64,000 nucleotides of DNA from a virus. Its lineage: Duplodnaviria > Caudoviricetes. The translations under genes were made by a program, and so were the position numbers. The stretch's first letter is position 1. Every line of letters begins with the position of its first letter. Shown one piece after another: positions 1-9,564 of the stretch. The notes below the pieces were generated by a model. It was not told where the DNA came from, did no database searches, and saw only the letters and a program-made list of their open reading frames with translations. The stretch covers positions 10,931 through 74,930 of the IMG/VR virus record IMGVR_UViG_3300014613_000002, one strand, 5' to 3'.

Positions 1-19
1 GGCTTATTTCTGCTCCATT

Positions 20-217
20 GGTGGCAACTGGTTACCCCACCACACTGCCGATGCAGAGACTGCGTCTCTGGCAATTTGCAAAGCTGCTGAAAAGAGTATC
101 AGTCGGCTCTGCAAAGGATATTGATGAGGAGTCGCCCAAATGATATTGCTATATGACAAAAGCCCCTCTCGGGGCCTCTGCCGTTTGTTGGGCAATCTGT
201 AATGGGCGAAGCCCATT
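20..217 (-). ncRNA. Candidate structured non-coding RNA, family unknown; may continue beyond the window
   Basis: Six helices; G-U wobbles work only on the minus strand; GAGA tetraloop; sigma70 promoter immediately upstream. Confidence 0.6.
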
Positions 218-229
218 AAGATTAAAACA

Positions 230-258
230 AGTATAACATGATAAAAGGAATATGTCAA
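230..258 (-). promoter_or_regulatory. sigma70-type promoter
   Basis: TTGACA-17-TATACT. Confidence 0.75.
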
Positions 259-274
259 TTTTAAAGGAGGGAAA

Positions 275-439
275 ATGGGATTAAGAGATATTTCAGCTTG
301 TATTGCAATTGCTTCTTTCTGGTCTCTAATTACTTGTATTGCAGTGGAGGTAGGAATCAACCTTACCTTTGCGGTTATAATTGATTTGGTGGGTATTATA
401 ACAACAGTACTTGCAGTATCTAAGTGGATAATGCAGTAA
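275..439 (+). CDS. Small 54 aa membrane protein (not in ORF track)
   Basis: AAGGAGG RBS; MGLRDISACIAIASFW...KWIMQ; two hydrophobic segments; TAATG coupling to next gene. Confidence 0.65.
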   Translation: MGLRDISACIAIASFWSLITCIAVEVGINLTFAVIIDLVGIITTVLAVSKWIMQ

Positions 440-1125
440 TGTCAATTCTAGTGAGTTCCAATGAGCGCAAGCCAATCAAGCAGGCCCTAGGTGACTTTGG
501 TATAGAAGCTAACATACCATACGACTTCAAGATATTTACCGAGAGGGGAATTATAGCTATTGAGAGAAAGAGATTCCCTGATGATTTATTGGCAAGTGTT
601 GATGATGGTCGTTTGTCCAAAGAATTTGCTGCCATGCGAGAAGAAGGGGACTATCAGATACTAATATCTGAGGGCAGAGGAAGATACACCAGGGAAGGAA
701 GACTGCTTTTGGGCAGGAGGCCTAGCAGATGGTTCAAGTCGGGGATAAGGTCGCTGTTCCGCTCTATAAGGTATGTTGAGGGCATAGACGTGGAATTCAC
801 TGACAACATTCCCGACACGGTAGAATGCTTGAAAGGGGTACAGCAATATTTCGACCAAGACAAGCATTTGTCCATCAGGACAAGGCTAAGCCCTGAGCCA
901 AAGCTGTTCATCTTGACCAAGGAAGAAAGGTATCTTCACTTCCTTCAAGGCTTGCCCTCTATCAAAATTGTTCGTGCAATGGAGCTGGCAAAGGTGTTCA
1001 GGTCACCACTGGAATTGTTTGGAGCTGATATGCAGACGCTGAGAAGTGTTCCTGGGATTGGAAATGTGGTGGCTGAGGGAATCTACAACTTCTTGAGAGG
1101 ATTTGACAAGCTGAAGGAAGTGTGA
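439..1125 (+). CDS. ERCC4/XPF-family nuclease with C-terminal HhH
   Basis: IERKRFPDDLLASVDDGRL (ERKxxxD..S..DGRL) and SVPGIG HhH; ATG 439 preferred to GTG 424. Confidence 0.85.
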   Translation: MSILVSSNERKPIKQALGDFGIEANIPYDFKIFTERGIIAIERKRFPDDLLASVDDGRLSKEFAAMREEGDYQILISEGRGRYTREGRLLLGRRPSRWFKSGIRSLFRSIRYVEGIDVEFTDNIPDTVECLKGVQQYFDQDKHLSIRTRLSPEPKLFILTKEERYLHFLQGLPSIKIVRAMELAKVFRSPLELFGADMQTLRSVPGIGNVVAEGIYNFLRGFDKLKEV

Positions 1126-1131
1126 TATAAT
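1103..1131 (+). promoter_or_regulatory. sigma70-type promoter
   Basis: TTGACA-17-TATAAT preceded by TGTGA. Confidence 0.8.
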
Positions 1132-1159
1132 ACTTATATAATAAGATACAGGAAAGGAA

Positions 1160-1432
1160 ATGAGAACATTCTACGGTGTCAATTGGTGGCTTAAAGATAA
1201 AGACGACTTCAGAGATATTGATGGCTACACCACTCTTAAGCAAGCATTATCCAAAGCTAAAGCATTAAGAGAAAGTGGTAAAGGCTACCATTCCTTTATA
1301 ATCTATGCTTATCATACAGAGTTAATTGATGCTGACTTCATAGAATCGGACATACTCTACCGTCGCCAACGGTGGCAACGATTAGATGATGACTTTGAGA
1401 AATTATGGGATATAAATGGCGAACCTTTTTGA
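1160..1432 (+). CDS. Hypothetical protein
   Basis: ORF with RBS downstream of promoter. Confidence 0.6.
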   Translation: MRTFYGVNWWLKDKDDFRDIDGYTTLKQALSKAKALRESGKGYHSFIIYAYHTELIDADFIESDILYRRQRWQRLDDDFEKLWDINGEPF

Positions 1433-1445
1433 AAGGAGATAGGAA

Positions 1446-1613
1446 ATGAAGCAATCCTTCTTGAGTCCTTCCTGGGTTTGTGAGAAGTGCAACACTCCTG
1501 TCTACGGGTGTCCAGGTCCGATTACAAAGTGTCCTGGCTGTGGTCACTATTATGACCCTCATAAGTATGGAAAAGACAAGTGCGATTGTAAATACTGTAA
1601 GGAGAGAAAATGA
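1446..1613 (+). CDS. Small Cys-rich zinc-binding protein (55 aa)
   Basis: RBS; CEKC, CPGC, CDCKYC motifs. Confidence 0.6.
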   Translation: MKQSFLSPSWVCEKCNTPVYGCPGPITKCPGCGHYYDPHKYGKDKCDCKYCKERK

Positions 1614-1985
1614 AAGGAGGTAGGAAATGAACAAACCAATCGATAATTGGGACTTCTGGGGTGTAGTATTGTTATTCCTAGCACCTACCTTGTGTTTAGT
1701 AATATGGCTTGTAATAATATCTGAAGTACGGAAACTGGATAGGAGATGGCAACAACATCATAGACATGAAAATAGGATTGGAGGTAAAGGAGAATGAAAC
1801 CAACTAAAAAAAGAAAACCTATTATCGTTTGGAATCCAGATTACAATAGATACGATAAAATCTGGGTGTAGGAGGTAAAAGAGAGAGGGGAAATGAGTAA
1901 ATATAGAGAAAAACAAATTTACTTAAGATTACGAAGGAAGGAAAACAGTAAGCGAATTGAGCAACTGAAGAAGGAGGGAAAGTAA

Positions 1986-2405
1986 ATGACAGGAAGGTCA
2001 AAAGATGTCGGAAATCCTATGTTGGTTAATCTTCCCCAAATTGGATATGAAGATTCGGGAGAAGGCGGTCTAGCTTTCTTTTTTGTGGTGAAGCAAAAAC
2101 CGTGTGGGAGTGAGAGGCAAGTCTGTTTCGGGGGATATGTTATGTGGCCACTTCAAGATTGCCAAATAAAACCTCGCAATTGGCCTCCATTTTTAGATAG
2201 GAAAAGAAGCTATACAGATTTTCCTCTTCAACCCATAGATGCTGGTGTTTTGGTTGGCAGCACAGGCTTAAGTCTTTGGTCGGATAATAAAGAGGAATAC
2301 TTCACTCCCAATGTTACAGATTTAACTCCTGAAGGTAAGCGATTATACCATACACTTAAAAAGATATACGGTGAAGTAACAATAGTAACTTTGCTTGATA
2401 CCTAG
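1986..2405 (+). CDS. Hypothetical protein
   Basis: ORF with RBS. Confidence 0.6.
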   Translation: MTGRSKDVGNPMLVNLPQIGYEDSGEGGLAFFFVVKQKPCGSERQVCFGGYVMWPLQDCQIKPRNWPPFLDRKRSYTDFPLQPIDAGVLVGSTGLSLWSDNKEEYFTPNVTDLTPEGKRLYHTLKKIYGEVTIVTLLDT

Positions 2406-2423
2406 AAGGAGGGAAGATATTAA

Positions 2424-2741
2424 GTGGCTGAACTTGATAAACTGAAATCAAGAATGGAAGAAGCTCATTCCCAAAGGTGTGAAGGCGACTTTAGCCTCAA
2501 CCAATACTATCGGGAGTGCTTGCTTGAGTATGCCAAGGAGCTGTTGCGGACTGAAGACATTGAGGAAATTGGAGAAATGATTACCAGGCTTGAGAAAGAG
2601 GCAGTTGTGATACAGGAGGAAATAGAAAATTTTTGGGGTATATGTGATGTTGGAGTATCTCTTGGCGAGCTGCAGGATGACTATTGTGAGCTAGTTAGTA
2701 AACATATTCGTCTCCTAGATTTGCTAGAGGTTTTGAAATGA
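2424..2741 (+). CDS. Hypothetical acidic helical protein
   Basis: ORF with RBS. Confidence 0.55.
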   Translation: MAELDKLKSRMEEAHSQRCEGDFSLNQYYRECLLEYAKELLRTEDIEEIGEMITRLEKEAVVIQEEIENFWGICDVGVSLGELQDDYCELVSKHIRLLDLLEVLK

Positions 2742-2898
2742 AAAAAGAATTAGCTAGCGCAATCAAGCTCCTGGCTTCTGGCTACAAGCGAGTGGATGTA
2801 ACTATCAAGATTGACAGCAAGGAGTATGAGGCAGTTTGCTATGAGATTCCAGGAGTTGGTGGCAGCATCATTAGGATTGATTTGAAGGAGGTGAAGAA

Positions 2899-3288
2899 AT
2901 GAAGGAGAATAAATTTAGAGTTTGGGATAAACTAAACCATAGATGGCTTGATTTATTCCAGTTGGTTTTTGCCAAAGATGGGACTATTATAGCTGTTAAT
3001 ACACTTGGCGAAACCTACGGCTTACACCAAGTAGATTTAGTTGAATATATAGGACGTAAGGACAAGAGTGGCAAGGAGATTTATGCTGGCGACCTTATCA
3101 ATTGCCGAGTTAGCCAGTTTGAGGGGGTGCCTGATGAGCGACTTATATCACAGTTAGTTCATTATGACCGTAGGGGCAATTTGAAATTCGGTGACTATTG
3201 TGCTTGGTTTTGCTATGAAGAAGAAATCATTGGCAGTAAGTATGAGAATCCTAAGCTGCTAAAAGGAGGAGAAAGTGAGAAAGATTAA
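2899..3288 (+). CDS. YopX-family protein
   Basis: KFRVWD...YIGRKDKSGKEIYAGD...IIGSKYENPKLL. Confidence 0.85.
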   Translation: MKENKFRVWDKLNHRWLDLFQLVFAKDGTIIAVNTLGETYGLHQVDLVEYIGRKDKSGKEIYAGDLINCRVSQFEGVPDERLISQLVHYDRRGNLKFGDYCAWFCYEEEIIGSKYENPKLLKGGESEKD

Positions 3289-3634
3289 ATTTAGAGCCAA
3301 GGATAGGGAGACAGGGGAATGGGTATATTCTGGTAAATTTGGTTTAGCTGAGTTCTTCTATGGGATAGAGGATGGTCAACTTGATGGCGAAACATTAGGA
3401 GAGTACATAGGTCTCCCCGACAAGAATGGCAAGGAGATTTATGAGGGGGATTGGCTCAAATGGAGTGATAACTTCTTTAAGATTATTTATGATACCTTCA
3501 ATGGTTGTTGGTATGGCGAGCCACACATTGATAATCCCTTTATAGGAATACTTACAGCAAGAAGTTTTCCTAAATCAGAAATCATCGGCAATATCTATCA
3601 GGATAGTCATCTACTTGACAAATCAGAAGTTTAA
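3275..3634 (+). CDS. YopX-family protein (tandem paralog)
   Basis: IKFRAKD...YIGLPDKNGKEIYEGD...IIGNIYQDSHLL. Confidence 0.85.
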   Translation: MRKIKFRAKDRETGEWVYSGKFGLAEFFYGIEDGQLDGETLGEYIGLPDKNGKEIYEGDWLKWSDNFFKIIYDTFNGCWYGEPHIDNPFIGILTARSFPKSEIIGNIYQDSHLLDKSEV

Positions 3635-3649
3635 TTATAAAATAGGGTT

Positions 3650-4222
3650 ATGATAATAAAAGAACAAAAGCCAATAATTTTTGATAATCAGTGTAACTGT
3701 CAATTTAATTCTAAGTTATTGAGTGAGGCACTTATTTGGTATTTTTATCCTAAACCTATATATCATAAGAAGGTAATTTTCCTTTGGAGAGAATATCCTG
3801 CGGTAGAAGCTCGCAATGTTACTTTACATATTCATAGACTAATAGGTATGTACCTATTCCTAAAGAAAGTGGTAATAGGCAGGTCATCAAATTCTATCGT
3901 TATTCACCACAAGGATGAAAATCATCTAAATTGTTATGAGAGCAATCTTGAGGTAAGAATAAAGGGTGAGCATATATCATCTCACCTCCACGGGAGAAAG
4001 TTAAGCGAAGAGCATGGAAGGAAGATAGGTGAAGCAAATAGAAGACGAAAGGGAATAAAGCAAAAGAAAAGACGAAATATTCCGCTAGATGAGTTAGGAC
4101 TAATGTTGCACGACAGAATGAGTATAAATTTGATTGCCAAGAAATTTGGTGTTGATTGGTCAACCATAAGAAACAGAATAGATGAAAACCCCGAGCTGAA
4201 GGAGACAGAGAATGAACATTGA
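3650..4222 (+). CDS. HNH homing endonuclease with NUMOD3-like and HTH tail
   Basis: HIHRLI...VIHHKDENHLNCYESNL; GRKLSEEHGRKIG. Confidence 0.8.
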   Translation: MIIKEQKPIIFDNQCNCQFNSKLLSEALIWYFYPKPIYHKKVIFLWREYPAVEARNVTLHIHRLIGMYLFLKKVVIGRSSNSIVIHHKDENHLNCYESNLEVRIKGEHISSHLHGRKLSEEHGRKIGEANRRRKGIKQKKRRNIPLDELGLMLHDRMSINLIAKKFGVDWSTIRNRIDENPELKETENEH

Positions 4223-4370
4223 AGCAACAGTAATAGAACTCTGGAACAAAGGATTGACCATACAGGATATTGTAGTTGAGCTGCAGCTTGAGGAGGAGAC
4301 TGTAGAAGATATTGTGGAAGCTATTCCGAACTATGTTGACAATATTTCGTCTTCATGATAAACTATAAAT

Positions 4371-4856
4371 ATGACAAAGGCAGGTAATAGACGACGGCGT
4401 GAATGGTATGCAAGACACAGAGAACATGTTAAGAAATACCAAGCAGAATATTATGCAAAGCATAAAGAACAAATTGCGCAAAGAGCTAAGGCAAGGATGG
4501 GGTGGGCAAAACGTAATCCGCATAGAGTTGCATTCTTTAACCGTAGATGTGGGATTAAGCTTAAGCAGGAAGTATTAGCTCACTATGGTGGGTGCAAATG
4601 TGTAATCTGTAAAGAGAGTAGGTTATCTTGCTTATCGCTTGACCATATTGGTGGTGGAGGCAATAAGGAAAGAAAAATGGGGAAGCTAGTAGGAACTAAG
4701 TTTTATCATTGGCTTAAGAAAAATAATTACCCTGATTTGCCTTTACGAGTGCTTTGTATGAATTGTCAATTTATTGAAAGAGATGAACAACTGAAACATA
4801 AATATATGGATGTTCACCCAATAAGACTATGGCAACCAATCTCTAATACCAAATAA
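4371..4856 (+). CDS. HNH-like zinc-binding endonuclease
   Basis: CVIC...LSLDHIGGGG...RVLCMNC. Confidence 0.7.
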   Translation: MTKAGNRRRREWYARHREHVKKYQAEYYAKHKEQIAQRAKARMGWAKRNPHRVAFFNRRCGIKLKQEVLAHYGGCKCVICKESRLSCLSLDHIGGGGNKERKMGKLVGTKFYHWLKKNNYPDLPLRVLCMNCQFIERDEQLKHKYMDVHPIRLWQPISNTK

Positions 4857-4880
4857 ACTATCTCAATACGGAGGTGAAAA

Positions 4881-5570
4881 ATGAGCAAGATTGAGGAAGT
4901 GAAGAAGATAATTAACCCAGAATGCTTTGAGCCGTTTATACAAATATGTCCTATATGTCCTATACCTAATAATCCAGCTTGCCAAAATTGTGAGAAGCAA
5001 GCCCACCAAATCTGCAAACTATTTGAGCCAAAGTCTGAAATGAAGAAATTAACTAACGAGGAAATGATGAAACTTCCAATGAGCGAAAGGCACAAAATCT
5101 TGGATGCACAAGTAAAGCAATTTGCCAAAGACCATCCTAACTACCCTGATACAGATGGTTGCATGTCTGGTGAGTCAACCTGTATACCAATAAAAGCTGA
5201 TGAAGTTAAGCCAAAGCCTGATGAGAGTAGGTTGCTAACGGATGACGATTTTATTCAACTATTTACAGAAGAACAAAGGACACAAGGCGTTCCAGACAAA
5301 TACAATTTCCCTGAAGCCATTGCTGGAAATGCTTGTTATCATCGGGTTCTAGCCAAAGCCCAAGATGCCAAGACAGCCTCCATCAAGGATGCTGAGTGCC
5401 AGCGAAGAGTGGAGAGGATATTTGAGGAGATTGAGGAGCATGACTTCAGTTATGACAGATATGGCAATCCTTTAATGAACCTAGATTTCCGAACCTCTGA
5501 TGGTAGGCAATATGTAGCTCCTTGGTGGCAAGCTCTCAAGAAACGGGAGGCGAAAAATGTGGAGACCTAA
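4881..5570 (+). CDS. Hypothetical mosaic protein
   Basis: ORF with RBS; N-terminal Cys cluster. Confidence 0.55.
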   Translation: MSKIEEVKKIINPECFEPFIQICPICPIPNNPACQNCEKQAHQICKLFEPKSEMKKLTNEEMMKLPMSERHKILDAQVKQFAKDHPNYPDTDGCMSGESTCIPIKADEVKPKPDESRLLTDDDFIQLFTEEQRTQGVPDKYNFPEAIAGNACYHRVLAKAQDAKTASIKDAECQRRVERIFEEIEEHDFSYDRYGNPLMNLDFRTSDGRQYVAPWWQALKKREAKNVET

Positions 5571-5808
5571 GGCAAAATGGCAGAATCCATTTCGCAAGAC
5601 AGGCAATTTTGGCTGTGGTGAAGAAAGCTGGAATGAACAGCCAGAGTTTTCGGTCTATGAGGCTGGTGCTGATGCTGCACATCAGGCTGACATTGAGTGG
5701 CTTGAGTTAAATAAATCTTCAGCAACAACTGCAAAGGGTTATCATATCTTTGTAGTGTCCGATGAGGATTGGCAAGCCTTCAAAGGAGAGAAAAATGGAT
5801 ACAACTGA
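5557..5808 (+). CDS. Hypothetical protein
   Basis: Overlapping operon ORF. Confidence 0.5.
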   Translation: MWRPKAKWQNPFRKTGNFGCGEESWNEQPEFSVYEAGADAAHQADIEWLELNKSSATTAKGYHIFVVSDEDWQAFKGEKNGYN

Positions 5809-6241
5809 GAAATATATCAAGATGTGTGAGAAGGCAGAAGAGATACAAGGTCTCCTTGATGAGGAGGAGGATGGTAATTATCTATACGTTAAGAAAACTC
5901 AATCTATAAAAATCACGGGGCATCCTTGGTTTTACTGGTTAGAGAACTATGGGAACGGCAATCCCTGCCAACAATGGGTTAGCTATTACTGGGAGAGCGA
6001 TTCCCCAGATTATTATGGTCAAGATGTTGTTTGGCTTCCTCGCCAAGACCAGTTACAGGAAATGATAGCAAAGCCTAAATATAACTTAGCGAAGCTAAGA
6101 GCAATTACTCACTTTATTATGAATGAATATGGAATATCAATTGATTGGTCAATGGAACAACTTTGGCTTGCCTTCGTAATGAAGGAACGTTGGAATAAGG
6201 TTTGGGATGGGGAGAAATGGGAAGAAAGCGTAAAGGATTAA
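5762..6241 (+). CDS. Hypothetical phage protein (likely start MDTTEKY)
   Basis: WLPRQDQLQEM and SMEQLWLAFVM segments. Confidence 0.6.
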   Translation: MRIGKPSKERKMDTTEKYIKMCEKAEEIQGLLDEEEDGNYLYVKKTQSIKITGHPWFYWLENYGNGNPCQQWVSYYWESDSPDYYGQDVVWLPRQDQLQEMIAKPKYNLAKLRAITHFIMNEYGISIDWSMEQLWLAFVMKERWNKVWDGEKWEESVKD

Positions 6242-6250
6242 GGAGGATAA

Positions 6251-6487
6251 ATGATACAGGATTTAATTGATAAAGTCGTAATTGAGGAGGAAAGGGGAAA
6301 AGCGAAATGGGGAAGTGTTGACCGAACACCTATTGACTTAATGATTGCAATTCAAGAGGAAATAGGTGAGGTAGCTCATGCAATAAACCACCATGAAGGT
6401 CATAATAGGGTCGAACAGGAAATTGCAGAAGTGATAGGTCTGCTTAGTAGGCTATACGAAACACAATCACTTAAGGTTGAAATTTGA
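6251..6487 (+). CDS. MazG-like nucleotide pyrophosphohydrolase
   Basis: QEEIGEVA...QEIAEV (EExxE...ExxD-like pattern). Confidence 0.65.
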   Translation: MIQDLIDKVVIEEERGKAKWGSVDRTPIDLMIAIQEEIGEVAHAINHHEGHNRVEQEIAEVIGLLSRLYETQSLKVEI

Positions 6488-6512
6488 CAAATTTTTGTGG
6501 GTATAATATAAT
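6484..6512 (+). promoter_or_regulatory. sigma70-type promoter for recombinase cassette
   Basis: TTGACA-17-TATAAT. Confidence 0.75.
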
Positions 6513-6536
6513 TTAGTTAAAATATAATTTAATTGA

Positions 6537-7424
6537 ATGATGAGAAATATACTAGATGATTACTATAACCATATTGCAAGCAATAGGTTTGCTGAAGGTT
6601 CTATAGTTCAGTATAAAAATTGCTTGGAAAGGCTATATTCATACCTAAAATCTAGAAGTATTGATAGTTGGGATAAAGTAACTCCTTTTCATCTAGACAA
6701 ATACAAAAGTTTCCTCAGCGAACGAAAAGGTAAAGGTGAGACAACATTCAAGGAGACAACACAGTTACAACATGCAGCTTGCATTAGAGCCTTCTTTAAG
6801 TATTTACAGGAAATTAGAGAGATAAATAATAAGTCGGCCAATATCGTGTTTAGTAATCTAAAACTCAAGCAAGAACCAAAGCAAGATTTCCTTAACCCAG
6901 AAGAACTAAAACGACTTTGGGATGCCTGCAAAGATAATACATTGTATTTAGCCATACTACTAATTATGTTTTCTACGGGGTTGAGGCATAGTGAGGTCAT
7001 AAATTGCGATGTAGATTCGGTTAGCATAGAAAGGAGAGAAATCAAAATTTTAGGTAAAGGCGGAATTCGGAGAAGAGTTTTACTTACTCCAGAATGTATT
7101 GAAGCTCTAGAAAGTTATCTTACCCAGAGAGAATTGAAGGTTGCTGAAAATGAGAAAGCATTATTTATATCTTCTAGAGGCACTAGACTTACCTATAACC
7201 AACTATCTTACATATTCGCTAAGTTAAGAAAATATGTTCCGAGAATTTATCCGCATTTGCTCAGGCATACTTTTGCCACATATTTATTGGAGACAGGCTC
7301 AACAATTAAGGAAGTTCAGCAGCAGTTGGGACATAAGCGATTAACAACAACTAGCAGATATGTTCATACCATTGAAGAGGAAACTAAGAGGAAGCACGAG
7401 AAGCTTTCTGCTTATATGAAATAG
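6537..7424 (+). CDS. Tyrosine recombinase (XerC/D-like integrase or resolvase)
   Basis: GLRHSE, GKGG, HLLRHTFAT, LGH, RYVH catalytic R-K-H-R-H-Y set. Confidence 0.92.
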   Translation: MMRNILDDYYNHIASNRFAEGSIVQYKNCLERLYSYLKSRSIDSWDKVTPFHLDKYKSFLSERKGKGETTFKETTQLQHAACIRAFFKYLQEIREINNKSANIVFSNLKLKQEPKQDFLNPEELKRLWDACKDNTLYLAILLIMFSTGLRHSEVINCDVDSVSIERREIKILGKGGIRRRVLLTPECIEALESYLTQRELKVAENEKALFISSRGTRLTYNQLSYIFAKLRKYVPRIYPHLLRHTFATYLLETGSTIKEVQQQLGHKRLTTTSRYVHTIEEETKRKHEKLSAYMK

Positions 7425-7426
7425 AG

Positions 7427-8212
7427 ATGATAATAGAAAATACCGAGCAAGTCAGCAAATACATTGAAAGGTACGCAGAGCGAATGTATCCACTTTTCTC
7501 TATAGAATTAGACAATCAGTGGTATATAGCAATAGGAACAAATAGGCCATTTGCTGTGGGTAAGCTGTTCCCATGTACTGAAGATTATGCCCTAATGAGT
7601 GAATATTTTCTTGGAGTGTTTGCTGCCTGTAATGACGAATTACCTTGTGAACTAGAAGAACTGAAGTCATTAAGTGCGAATATCAGTAAGACCAATGAAC
7701 GAGATGCTACCGAGCAGTTATATCGTTTGTTGCACAAGCATAGTATTCCGTGCAGAATTAACCTTCACAGCGGTCCCGATTTAACTCTTTACAATGGGTT
7801 TTATTTAGTTGAGATAAAGTCAAGATTTCCTAAGAATATGTATCTTCCCTTCATTCAAGTTATCGAGTATCTTAACGAGTATGGGAATGCTAGGTTTGCT
7901 CTACTTTTGGAACTATACACTGGAAAATATTACCTTATTGAGAAAGAGAGAAAACATACTCTTGAAAAGTTTAATATAGGTACTGGAATAATAACAGATT
8001 GTATAAGGAGTGATTATGTTAAACTTATAATAGAAAGCAGTATATGTTGGCGATGTCCATTGCATCATTTTACTGGACAACTTTGGTGCCACCAGCAGGA
8101 TTGTCCTGCTTATAAAGCTATAGAGGTGGTAGAAGAGAGGCAAGACTTTGAGCTTAAACTCAACTGGATTTCTGGGAAATTGACTGTAAATCGGAAAGCA
8201 GTTCCAATGTAA
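7427..8212 (+). CDS. Putative PD-(D/E)xK nuclease
   Basis: GPDLTL...LVEIKS. Confidence 0.5.
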   Translation: MIIENTEQVSKYIERYAERMYPLFSIELDNQWYIAIGTNRPFAVGKLFPCTEDYALMSEYFLGVFAACNDELPCELEELKSLSANISKTNERDATEQLYRLLHKHSIPCRINLHSGPDLTLYNGFYLVEIKSRFPKNMYLPFIQVIEYLNEYGNARFALLLELYTGKYYLIEKERKHTLEKFNIGTGIITDCIRSDYVKLIIESSICWRCPLHHFTGQLWCHQQDCPAYKAIEVVEERQDFELKLNWISGKLTVNRKAVPM

Positions 8213-8232
8213 TGAGAAGACAGCTAAAGCAT

Positions 8233-8318
8233 GAGAGACAGGTGTGCGGAATGCTCTTCGACCGAGTATTCGGCCTCGCTTTACTTACCATTTTGCGAGA
8301 CTCATGCACCTGTCTCTC
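8233..8318 (+). other. Intergenic three-way-junction structure
   Basis: 12-bp perfect inverted repeat enclosing 8-bp and 5-bp hairpins. Confidence 0.55.
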
Positions 8319-8360
8319 CACCCAAAATTACTATAAATTAGTATTGTAAGGAGGTAAAAG

Positions 8361-8537
8361 ATGGATATTTTGGAAATAAAAATATCTTTGGACGGAGACA
8401 AATGGTGTGCTCTTGTAGGTGAGGATTTGCAAGAAGGCATTGCTGGCTTTGGGGATACACCAATTGATGCTATCAGAGCATTGTGCGATGAACTTGAAAC
8501 TAATCCGTGGAATCTACAGACACTCACGTTATGGTGA
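8361..8537 (+). CDS. HicB-like fold small protein (58 aa, not in track)
   Basis: RBS; DGDKWCALVGEDLQEGIAGFGDTPIDA. Confidence 0.55.
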   Translation: MDILEIKISLDGDKWCALVGEDLQEGIAGFGDTPIDAIRALCDELETNPWNLQTLTLW

Positions 8538-8692
8538 GATAAGGAGGTAACAGATGGGGGAAGTAGATAAGAGTGACGAATTAGAGGAGCGTCGTGAGGC
8601 TGAAAGAGATGATGACTTGCTGTATTGGAAACTAGAAGCTATTGCTAGAAAGGACAAGGAGTTTTATGCTGACCAGCAGGAGGTGAAAGATA

Positions 8693-8923
8693 ATGACTAA
8701 GGTAATTCAGGTAATTGAGGGCAAACCAAAGATTGAGGATATTGATGCCTCCTTCTACACAGAGAGTCATGATATTCCTATGCTCTGGATTGGGAAGCAG
8801 ATTATTGATGTAGGTAATGGCTATGGTAGTTGGCCTAGTGATAAAGACGAGCAGCATCTAAGGTGGAAGCTAGACCCTAATAAAACCTATCGAGTGACAA
8901 TTGAGGAGGTGAAAGATGACTAA
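8693..8923 (+). CDS. Hypothetical protein
   Basis: RBS and operon coupling. Confidence 0.5.
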   Translation: MTKVIQVIEGKPKIEDIDASFYTESHDIPMLWIGKQIIDVGNGYGSWPSDKDEQHLRWKLDPNKTYRVTIEEVKDD

Positions 8924-9308
8924 GCAGGAAGAGATAAGAGAAGAATTGATACAAATAATATTAAGAATCCGTCAATACCTACTCAATACAGAATTTTGTC
9001 CCGAGCCATTTACAGAACCAATGAACCCTAATAAATTACGGGACGGTTTTTCCAAGGAAATATTAGAGTATCTCTATTCTCAAGGTGTAGTGATAAAGGT
9101 TGGGGAGTTTGACATTTTAATGGACATTCCAATATACCCAGAAAAAGTTATAGGTGGTGAGTCTCCCTACGAGAAGAGGACTCCGTATATGGAAGGATGG
9201 AACGAGGCACTGATAAAAGTAGGCAAGGAGGTGGTTAAGTCGGGACTTGACTTTGTAGCAGTAGCACCATTGATAAAGGAGGCAAAAGATGTCAGAAATA
9301 AGGGATAA
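8916..9308 (+). CDS. Hypothetical protein
   Basis: RBS and operon coupling. Confidence 0.5.
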   Translation: MTKQEEIREELIQIILRIRQYLLNTEFCPEPFTEPMNPNKLRDGFSKEILEYLYSQGVVIKVGEFDILMDIPIYPEKVIGGESPYEKRTPYMEGWNEALIKVGKEVVKSGLDFVAVAPLIKEAKDVRNKG

Positions 9309-9564
9309 AGCCAGAGAAAATTTAGAGGATAAACTATGGAAAATATATTCATGGGATTGGCACAGCGACCCTGACCAAGCTATGAAAGATGCTCTAGATG
9401 AAATCCTCTCTATCTCTGAGCTAGCCATAGTGGATAGGGTAGCAAAGCCTTTCGAGGGCGGAGAAGTGCCTACTATCTGGAATATGGCATACAGGGCTGC
9501 CATGAGGAATATGCTCAAAGATGGCTATGTGAAGGAGGTGATAGATAACTCTCACACCAAATGA
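9289..9564 (+). CDS. Hypothetical protein
   Basis: RBS and operon coupling. Confidence 0.5.
   Translation: MSEIRDKARENLEDKLWKIYSWDWHSDPDQAMKDALDEILSISELAIVDRVAKPFEGGEVPTIWNMAYRAAMRNMLKDGYVKEVIDNSHTK

Noticed and set aside
4-360. 118-aa minus-strand ORF
   Set aside because: It spans a promoter and an RNA-like fold, overlaps a better plus-strand gene and has no recognisable motifs.
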